A stretch of DNA of 64,000 nucleotides from Candidatus Omnitrophota bacterium (GTDB lineage Bacteria > Omnitrophota > Gorgyraeia > Zapsychrales > JAHFFX01), in assembly GCA_023247725.1 (NCBI GenBank), contig JAHFFW010000002.1, positions 160 through 64,159 of the forward strand, read 5' to 3'. The notes beneath the pieces are model-generated. The model saw only the letters and a program-made list of their open reading frames with translations, was not told the DNA's origin and did no database searches. Both the position numbers and the translations under genes were made by a program. Shown here in pieces: positions 42,816 through 50,800 of the stretch. Within the stretch, counting starts at the first letter, position 1. Each line of letters starts with the position of its first letter.

Positions 42816-42845
42816 TTGACATTCAAAAGAGGCCCATGTTATATT
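42816..42845 (+). promoter_or_regulatory. Sigma70 promoter of the pilin array
   Basis: TTGACA-18 nt-TATATT with extended TG; TGTCCATAAA at 42796. Confidence 0.6.
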
Positions 42846-42959
42846 TATAGAGCCATTTAAAACCAAATAATTTTATTAGAAAAAGACTACATATGAGAGT
42901 ACTTTTGCATATCACCATTTGTATCCGGGCAATTTTAAGACAAAAAATGCGGGTTTCAG

Positions 42960-42995
42960 ATCTTCAAGGCATCATCCTTGAAGATTTTTTATTTT
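42960..42995 (+). terminator. Terminator-like hairpin inside the pilin leader
   Basis: ATCTTCAAGG-CATCAT-CCTTGAAGAT followed by TTTTTATTTT. Confidence 0.6.
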
Positions 42996-43232
42996 CAGGA
43001 AAGACAAAAATGGCTTTGACACCGTAAGGTGTTTTACCCGGGTCGGCGCGATTGGCCAAGGATCGTTATATGGACGAGATCGGCGAAAAGCGAGCCTCCG
43101 GTACCGACCATCGAAAGATGATCGGTATATATACAGCCCAGTCGTGGAGTTCACCCTCCTCTTGGTTTGGAGGAGGAAAGGGCTAAATTTATCTTCCGAA
43201 CACGGTAAGGAGAGGTTCATGATGGGGCAAAA

Positions 43233-43382
43233 ATGCGAATGAACAAAAAAGGTCAAAACATAATAGAATATGCCCTCGTCGCAGCCTTAGTCTCAGCGGC
43301 TATGATTGCCATGAGTACCTACGTGTTTCGTTCGTTTCAAGCAAACCAGAAGATGATTGAGGATGAATTCCAGAACAATTGA
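43233..43382 (+). CDS. Flp-like pilin (not in ORF track)
   Basis: Hand translation MRMNKKGQNIIEYALVAALVSAAMIAMSTYVFRSFQANQKMIEDEFQNN*. Confidence 0.85.
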   Translation: MRMNKKGQNIIEYALVAALVSAAMIAMSTYVFRSFQANQKMIEDEFQNN

Positions 43383-43438
43383 GGGGCAGCTTGCATCTGC
43401 CACTCGTCATTTTAAAGGTTTAGTAAGGAGGAACCATA

Positions 43439-43624
43439 ATGTTGAAAAACAAAAAAGGTCAAAGCACCTTGGAGTACATTATTTTGGTTACAGCGGTGAT
43501 TGCGATCATCATAGTCTTTTTAGGGCCATTCGGTATTTTCCGGCCGAAGCTGAATCAGGTCTTGGAAGACACGTCGAATTCGATGCTCAATATGTCAAAT
43601 CGACTTATGAATTCTCGCCGCTAG
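43439..43624 (+). CDS. Flp-like pilin
   Basis: KKGQSTLEY + hydrophobic helix; AAGGAGG SD. Confidence 0.88.
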   Translation: MLKNKKGQSTLEYIILVTAVIAIIIVFLGPFGIFRPKLNQVLEDTSNSMLNMSNRLMNSRR

Positions 43625-43667
43625 ATCGCAATTTTTAACTGAGGATTATTTACGGAGGTGACAATAA

Positions 43668-44015
43668 ATGTTTAGAAAATTGATGCGAATTAAAAAAGGA
43701 CAGACGACCGCCGAATATGCGCTGCTGATCGCATTGGTTGTGGCGGCGATTATTGCCATGCAGACATATGCCCAACGGACCTTGCAAGGCAGGATCCGGG
43801 ATGCTTCACAGTATCTCGTTAATGGGACTAGTGAGTTGGGAAACACGACTCATTATGAACCTTATTATCTGCAGACCGACTACGGCATCAGACGCAATGT
43901 GACGGACAATACCCGGTTAGGACTTAACCAGGTCGCCTATGACGAGGTTTCCAACCGCGTCAGGGAAACCTCGGGTTTTCAGTCGTCCGAGTATAGAGGG
44001 ATCAATGCCGAATAA
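43668..44015 (+). CDS. Pilin-like protein
   Basis: KKGQTTAEY; QGR; YEPYY motif. Confidence 0.85.
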   Translation: MFRKLMRIKKGQTTAEYALLIALVVAAIIAMQTYAQRTLQGRIRDASQYLVNGTSELGNTTHYEPYYLQTDYGIRRNVTDNTRLGLNQVAYDEVSNRVRETSGFQSSEYRGINAE

Positions 44016-44063
44016 TTCCCTGGTACGATTTTCAACTGTCATTTGTGATAAGGAGGACATTAA

Positions 44064-44390
44064 ATGTTCAAATACATAAGGAAGATTAAAGGGCAGAGCA
44101 CTCTCGAGTTCGCCATTTTAATCGTCATTATTATCGGTGCACTGTTGGCCATTCAGGTCTACATTAAAAGAGGGATTCAGGGCCGGTTGCGCAGTGCCGC
44201 CGATGATATCGGTGATCAATTCTCCCCAGGAAATACCAATTACACGAAAACCACCGTGACGAAAAGCAGCACAAAAGACACCTTCAAGAGCGGTGTTACC
44301 AACTCTTCGTTGCGGTCGGACGAAACAACCGATGTTTCTATGAATCAGAACATCAATAACACCGAGCAGGAATTCTGGGGTGGCAGGTAA
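44064..44390 (+). CDS. Pilin-like protein
   Basis: KGQSTLEF; YIKRGIQGRL..AADDIGDQF. Confidence 0.85.
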   Translation: MFKYIRKIKGQSTLEFAILIVIIIGALLAIQVYIKRGIQGRLRSAADDIGDQFSPGNTNYTKTTVTKSSTKDTFKSGVTNSSLRSDETTDVSMNQNINNTEQEFWGGR

Positions 44391-44504
44391 TCCGAATGGC
44401 GCAAATCCAACATGGCTTACTCGAGAGATTTTTCTCGGGTAAGCCATGTTTCATTATGGCACATAATTTTTAGAGGACTAGGTAGGATTCAACTTTATCA
44501 AAAA

Positions 44505-44864
44505 ATGGACCCGGTCAAAAAAACCAAAAAGGCGCAAATCATCGGTGAATATGCCGTTACTTTTTTTGTCGTGACCAGCGTCATTATTGCCATGTCTGTT
44601 TTTATGATTCGGGTGTTTCAGGCCCGGATCTTCGATGCCCGGCGCTATATGGTCAACACCGTCAAGAGTGCTCCGCACATCGGAAAAATCAGATTAGAGT
44701 ATGAGCCCTATTATACGAATACCGACACCTTGACCGACCGGACAAGCTCGGAGGAAAAAAGTCTTCTCGAAGGAGGCCATACCGGAATCTTTCGAAAAGT
44801 TTGGGATGATCATACCGCGGCGCAAACCACGAGCGAACAGCGACCACCCAAAGATGCTGATTAA
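44505..44864 (+). CDS. Pilin-like protein
   Basis: KKAQIIGEY; YEPYY; start placed at ATG 44505 because the longer ORF reads through a hairpin. Confidence 0.78.
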   Translation: MDPVKKTKKAQIIGEYAVTFFVVTSVIIAMSVFMIRVFQARIFDARRYMVNTVKSAPHIGKIRLEYEPYYTNTDTLTDRTSSEEKSLLEGGHTGIFRKVWDDHTAAQTTSEQRPPKDAD

Positions 44865-44891
44865 GTGTGATCAGTAAAGTGCGGTGGAACA

Positions 44892-45236
44892 ATGCGAAGA
44901 CATCTCCAGAAACAAAATCAAGCGCAAAACCTTTCCGAGTACGTCATTGTTCTCGGACTGGTGACGGCGGTGTTTTTTGCCCTAGGGCCACTTTTTCGCC
45001 GGGGCACTCAGGCAGTGATTAAACTAACGGCTGATCAGATCGGAAATCAGGTCAATGCAGAACAGCGAGTGACTCCTCGAAGCGGTTATTTGGAAAGTTT
45101 ATATACAACGACTCGATCTGCGCAAAATAATAATACGAACGAATCTTTAGGCGTTCTGACCTATACTTACGGTGAATCGGAAGGCGCCTCATCGGATTCG
45201 ATGGTGAATCTGGGTTTCACAAACAGGTACGAATGA
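44892..45236 (+). CDS. Pilin-like protein
   Basis: QAQNLSEY + hydrophobic helix; ADQIGNQ. Confidence 0.8.
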   Translation: MRRHLQKQNQAQNLSEYVIVLGLVTAVFFALGPLFRRGTQAVIKLTADQIGNQVNAEQRVTPRSGYLESLYTTTRSAQNNNTNESLGVLTYTYGESEGASSDSMVNLGFTNRYE

Positions 45237-45544
45237 TGTTGAAAAATAAAGGTCAATCAACCCTGGAGTATGTCGTCCTTATCATTGTGGTCATGGGAGC
45301 GCTCATTGCGACGAGTGATTATGTGAAACGGGCCATTCAAGGACGTTGGAAAACCTCCGTCGACGATTTGGGGGACCAATACGATCCGGCGTACGCCAAC
45401 TCAACGATCACTCATGCAACAAACGGCACCTCCATTACCAGTATCACCACCATCAATGCGACTGGCGGTTTTTGGACGAAACGACTGGATTCCTCTAATA
45501 TGGAAGAGTCCAAGGCGGGATTTACGGCGATCGGGGCCTATTGA
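45233..45544 (+). CDS. Pilin-like protein
   Basis: KGQSTLEY; YVKRAIQGRW...DDLGDQY. Confidence 0.85.
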   Translation: MMLKNKGQSTLEYVVLIIVVMGALIATSDYVKRAIQGRWKTSVDDLGDQYDPAYANSTITHATNGTSITSITTINATGGFWTKRLDSSNMEESKAGFTAIGAY

Positions 45545-45718
45545 GTTATTCGGCCTTCTGTAGAAGTGTCAAGGCTAAAGAGCCTCATGGGTCTAACATT
45601 TACATAACACTTGACACTCGGTTAACGCCCGCAGGGCAAGCCCTGACTGCTCATGACTCCCGACGATAAAATTCCCGCGGGGTCTATTTAGGGGCAATAT
45701 TTTTGGCCAATCAAATTC

Positions 45719-47353
45719 ATGGGGAACAAAAATAGAATACAATTTTCGGAAAAGGCCCAGACGGCCATGGAACTGGCCGTTTTCGGAAGTATTTTCGTTT
45801 TCATTTTGGGAGCCATGATCCGAGCCTCGGTTAACAATAGTTTCACCCAAAACGAATACTTAAGAGCCCTGCGCCTGGCGATGCAAAGGTCCTTCGAGTC
45901 TTCGACGAGCAGTTTTGATGATAATACGGGTGACATGTCCCGCGCCACCGCCAGTTTGGCTTTTATCGAAGACCGCACCTCTCCTGATGCCAACAAATAT
46001 GGGTCTTTGACGCGCAATCCTTATGTAGTCAGCGTCTCTGCCTCTTTTTCCAAGAATCTTTTTAAGACGATGGATTATGGGGACAAGCCAGATCTCCCCA
46101 TCGAAGACATGTTCATTAATGGACAGCATTTTACATTTTCGATTGCGGGTTATCGTTGGTATATTGTTGCCCAAAGCAATTCGCAACCCAACGCCGCAAA
46201 ATATACAGATCCACTCGGGACCTCGGTTTGGGTTCCCATTCCCCCCAACAGTCCTTTCGGTCCCGGGGTTAGTGATTGGAGTAACGGCTGTGGAAAATTA
46301 GGAGCCGCCTCGGCGGATGGCGGATGTCGCCGTTTTTATGTGCTGGTGGCCAATGGACGGACCGCCGTCAGCAGTTCTGAACCCAGTAGTACACAGCCGG
46401 CATTTTGTTCGGCCGATCCCTGCCAATGCGCCGGGGGGTCTTGTGACACGACGTGCCAGAACCGAAAAAATAACTGTGAAGCGGGGTGTCCTCCGGCCGG
46501 AGATCTTTATCGAGCCACCTGTCTTTTTGGTTGTCAGTTGGGAATGGCTGTTTGTGTGCAATATAACCCCAACAATGATTTGACCGCGGCTCAACGCTTT
46601 GATTTGAACAGGGACGGCATTGTGGATGTGACTGATCCCGGGTTGCGTTCCCTCTTTTCCTGGCAATGGAATACGGTTTATGCCAATACGATTGAAATCA
46701 ATCTGGAAGTGGGCGACAATACTACGGTCGATGTCGACGGGGATCTGAAAGAAGAGCAGATCCTGGAGATGATTGATAATGCCGGACGGATTTATAAGCC
46801 CGATGATGAAGCCAATGGAAAAAGCAAAGCAAAGATCAAGGCTCCGATTCGAGCGGTCAAGGTCCTGGATTTTAATCAAGGGGACTTTGATATGAGCGAT
46901 CCACCGGGACAGGCCGATCCTCCGGTCGGTCCCGGACCCTTAAACCCTCCCCCTCCCCGTTCTGGATTAAAAGAAGAAATGATCATGTACACCTATACAA
47001 GGGAAGGGACGTATTTGCAAATTCGCGAGGGCAAGCTTTTTAATCCCGAGAGCGAAACCACGGTTCGCAGTTGGCAGAAACGCGATCAGGTGGATGTGAT
47101 CGAGCGGCAGATTCAGTTAAGCACGGACACGGGGCGTTTTTGTGAAAATGATCCCGGTTGGGAACAAAATCCGGTGAAAAGACACACAGGGCGTCCTAGT
47201 GCTACTAACCCGGCGGTGGAGGCCTGTAACGACTGTTACAGTGCGGCCAATATTTATAAAACCTGTTTTGACGAAACCTCGCTTATGCTTTATGTCCGCA
47301 GCCGGATTCAAGATCGTCGGGGCCGTCACTGGATTACGGATGTTTCGCCATGA
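45719..47353 (+). CDS. Large pilin-like protein with Cys-rich insert and Ca-binding-like loops
   Basis: KAQTAMEL + hydrophobic helix; DLNRDGIVD, DVDGDLKEE. Confidence 0.75.
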   Translation: MGNKNRIQFSEKAQTAMELAVFGSIFVFILGAMIRASVNNSFTQNEYLRALRLAMQRSFESSTSSFDDNTGDMSRATASLAFIEDRTSPDANKYGSLTRNPYVVSVSASFSKNLFKTMDYGDKPDLPIEDMFINGQHFTFSIAGYRWYIVAQSNSQPNAAKYTDPLGTSVWVPIPPNSPFGPGVSDWSNGCGKLGAASADGGCRRFYVLVANGRTAVSSSEPSSTQPAFCSADPCQCAGGSCDTTCQNRKNNCEAGCPPAGDLYRATCLFGCQLGMAVCVQYNPNNDLTAAQRFDLNRDGIVDVTDPGLRSLFSWQWNTVYANTIEINLEVGDNTTVDVDGDLKEEQILEMIDNAGRIYKPDDEANGKSKAKIKAPIRAVKVLDFNQGDFDMSDPPGQADPPVGPGPLNPPPPRSGLKEEMIMYTYTREGTYLQIREGKLFNPESETTVRSWQKRDQVDVIERQIQLSTDTGRFCENDPGWEQNPVKRHTGRPSATNPAVEACNDCYSAANIYKTCFDETSLMLYVRSRIQDRRGRHWITDVSP

Positions 47354-47709
47354 AAATGAAACGATGGCTAGCGACAAAATCGGTTCCTCTCACCCCGGGG
47401 GTGAGAGTGCCCTTCTCTCACCCCCGGGGTGAGAGGGTGGCTCGAAGGCGGCCACGGTCAGCCCAGGTCACCATTGAATTTGCTTTTTGCTTGATCATTG
47501 TGGCGGTCCTGGTCTATGGTTTAGTCCGGGCTTTCCGTTGGGCCGGATTGGATCTGGCCGAGCGAAGGGCCAAGGCCGATGAGTCCATTATGGCGCCGAT
47601 TGATGAAGATTGGCAACCTCCGGATAAGTTCAAAACTGGTCCGCCGGCGCAGCTGAAGACCACTTATTACCGAACGAATAAAATGGGCCTGGTTTTCAAT
47701 AATTGGTAA
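47350..47709 (+). CDS. TadE-like pilin with palindromic insert in leader
   Basis: SAQVTIEF + hydrophobic helix. Confidence 0.75.
   Translation: MKMKRWLATKSVPLTPGVRVPFSHPRGERVARRRPRSAQVTIEFAFCLIIVAVLVYGLVRAFRWAGLDLAERRAKADESIMAPIDEDWQPPDKFKTGPPAQLKTTYYRTNKMGLVFNNW
47386..47436. repeat. Perfect 22-bp inverted repeat inside a CDS
   Basis: CCTCTCACCCCGGGGGTGAGAG-TGCCCTT-CTCTCACCCCCGGGGTGAGAGG. Confidence 0.9.
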
Positions 47710-47712
47710 TCC

Positions 47713-47748
47713 TTCTACGCCCCAATGTTTTCACGTTGGGGCGTAGAA
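47713..47748. repeat. Intergenic hairpin
   Basis: TTCTACGCCCCAA-N10-TTGGGGCGTAGAA. Confidence 0.7.
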
Positions 47749-47812
47749 GAACCGTTCCTTCGAAGCTCAAACGCCCTGCTCACGGCGGGGCGAAGGAGAA
47801 TAGGAGAGCGAT

Positions 47813-50800
47813 TTGATTCGTTTTCTCCATAAGATTTTTGCAAAATTTTCCCGCACCAAACTCCGTTCCGGAGGGCAGGTGGCCGTGATCCTCATCTTGA
47901 TTACGGCCATTGCCCTTATTCTTTACGCCGTGGTTTTAAATCTGGGCCGAATTTCCACCCACAAAACCCTCGTCACGATGGCTTCTTCCGTCGGCACGAG
48001 TTTCCTTGCCTCGGAAATGGCCAGTTACGCCGAGTCCATGTACCAGGTTCAATTGGGCGGAGAAAAGGGAGCGAAGGATGATACCAGCGTTTGTGCCTTC
48101 ACCGGTTGGTTTGCTGCCCTCATCAAGGTTGCTCTGGTGGTTGCGGCCCTGGTCATCATCATTGTTACGCACGGATCAGGTTGGATGATTGCGATGGCCA
48201 TCATTGGTTTGGTCGTGGCTGGCATTGGTGCTTTTATGCAGATCGCCTTTATCCAGCCCGGGATCACCAAACTCTGGAACAAACAGATGGCCGATATGTC
48301 CGAGCCGGATAATTTTGTCGAGTCGGGCATTCGCACCGCCTTGCAGGCCGTCGTGACGGACAACGAATATGTCCCGGATGTCTATGATCAGGATCTGGAT
48401 CGAAAAACCTTTGCCGCCGACGGAGATAAGATCAACCGTTTTGCGTATTATTACACGGACCGGTTGAGCCGGCACCCTAGTAACGATCCCCGGGTTGCCC
48501 GCGAATTTCAAAAAGATTTGCGCCGGCTTTTGATCACCCTGTATCTTCCGGCCGATTGCTCCGATCCCAGCAACCCGAGTGCCCATCCCTGCTGTTTTGA
48601 TCCGGCCAATAATTGGAAAGTTTTGCCGTCCTATTGCAATCAATGCTGTGTCTTTAGTGATCTGGACACTCGGATTGATCCCAACACAGGAACCTTTGTC
48701 AAAGACGAATTTGGCCGGCGGCTTTACAAAAATACTGCCCGGCCGCAGTGTTGTTATGATCCTTTGAACGAGCCCGGCGGAGCCGGGACTCGCGCCGCCC
48801 CTGACACTTATTATTGCGGCACAACCGAGACTTGTGGAAACTTGAACGGAAATGACAAGGATCCTTTTAATGCCGCAACGCACCCGGTTGCGGCTGATCC
48901 CAATGATTTGCGTTGGATTTATGATCCTTTTTGGGAAGATGAACGCAATTTTAACGTTTTATCCATGCGAGCCCGGATCGGCCGTGATGATGAAACCAAG
49001 ACCTATCGATTACCCTTTAAAGGAGGATACGATTTTCCGCCGACGATGACGCCGGATGCCCTGGGTGTTTCTCCCGGAGATATGTGGCGATTAAATGATA
49101 CCAAATATTGGGACTTAACGACTCCCATTACGACGGAGCTTCCCGACCTTAATATATTTCCCTTTCTGTACCGGTTGACCTGGGGAGTGGACCTGCGCGA
49201 TCGAACGGTATACGATGCAGAAATGACGCCCAATACCTGGCCCGTTGGGGAGCCGGAGAAGTGCCATTGGTACAATATGAATCAGTTTTTCGGTGGGGCC
49301 CCGTGTCCGCCTCCTTACAGTGACGATCCTGTGACTATGAACACCGCCGACCTGAAGGGTAATCTTCCCCTCGGGTATCCAGTTCAATTGTATCTTTCCC
49401 TTGACCCGGCGACCCTGACTTATACCAAGGCCGGGTGGGTGGAGGGGCTCGGCCAGGGCATGTGTCAGGGCTCCGCATGCGTTTCCGACAAAATTCTGAA
49501 TATCCCTGGTCTAATAACCAAGAACGATGATTGCGCTTTGGATGATGCGGCTCACCGAGATTGTGACCACGCCCTCGATCCTCCCTGGGATTGCATTCAA
49601 TATTATTCCTGGAAGCCCGGCGCGGATCGGTATTGCAATTTGAACTGGCCATACTTTGCGCGATGCGCCAAATATGGAGTTTGTTGTTTTGGCGATAGCG
49701 AGGTCGAATGTGACTGCGGCGATGGCGTTGGCGGCCCTAATTCTGCCCTGGTGGCCAGTTGTTCCGACGAAGTGCCCGGGAAATTAAGGTATATCAGTGC
49801 GCCGGACCCAGGCGATGCGTGGGCAGACGATCCGTTGGATGAATTTATTTATGGTTCCGGTGAATTTATCGCCTGGGCCAAGGCCATCGTTGAGAGTTCT
49901 CCTCAGAATTTAAACGAGAATCTGAGAAATTGGTACAGCGAAGCGGCGACCTGGATTGAACCGGGGTGTCCTCGTCCGCCTTGTTCCAGCGGTTTTGTGA
50001 ACCAATTGAATCCCGGCGCCTTGTTTCGATGGATTGATCAGTTTGATTCTTATCAAAGGAATCTGGCATTTTGGTTGGGAATGGAACGCCGCGCCGGTAG
50101 CCGTGACGAACTAGGTGATCTTTGCAACGAGGTCTGGTGTGTTCCCGGAAATCCGGATGGCAGCGTCGGAGACCCCACCGGAAAGGAGCTGCGCGATATT
50201 TGTGATGCGGCCTCCTGCCCCGCGATTTGTCCCGGCGTCAAAAAAGGAGGAACCGAAACCCTTCTGGGAGTGATCACCGACTACGTCGGAGAAGGCGCTC
50301 CGCGGCCGACGGGAAGTTTTTTTGGCGTCGATGCAGAGGGACTTCCCGCAGTGGGCAATCCCACCGGCGTGATCAATTGTTTGAATTTCAATGCCCTCGA
50401 CGGCGATGTGATTGATCCTTATACGGATCCATTTACCGGCCAAATTTTTTCCGATGCCAATGATCCTGCCAATGCCCTTTCGGGAAATTCCGCTAAATTC
50501 GTGCGGGCCTGGGAAACCTGCGATGAGACGACCACACTCATGCTGCCGCGCTCCTTGCTTCATCCCGACCGGAATTTTGACACCAATGAATTCGTGCCTC
50601 CGCATCATCCGAAAAAAAGGGTTGATCTCGGAGTCAATGGCCAGTATAGCGATCCGGAGTTTTTCAAAAAATGTTTGGACGATTGCAATCCGGGACCAGG
50701 TAGTGGAGACTGGGGGAAGTATTGTGAGCCAGCGACTGAGTATGGGGAGCCCACGCCTTTCCGCGGACCAGCGAAGGCAACGATTCCCACGTACCCGGTC

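Noticed and set aside
43080-43215. Canonical c-di-GMP-I (GEMM) riboswitch or RNase P RNA
   Set aside because: Fragments such as CCATCGAAAGATG, GCCTCCGG and GAGGAAAG are present but not in consensus order or spacing
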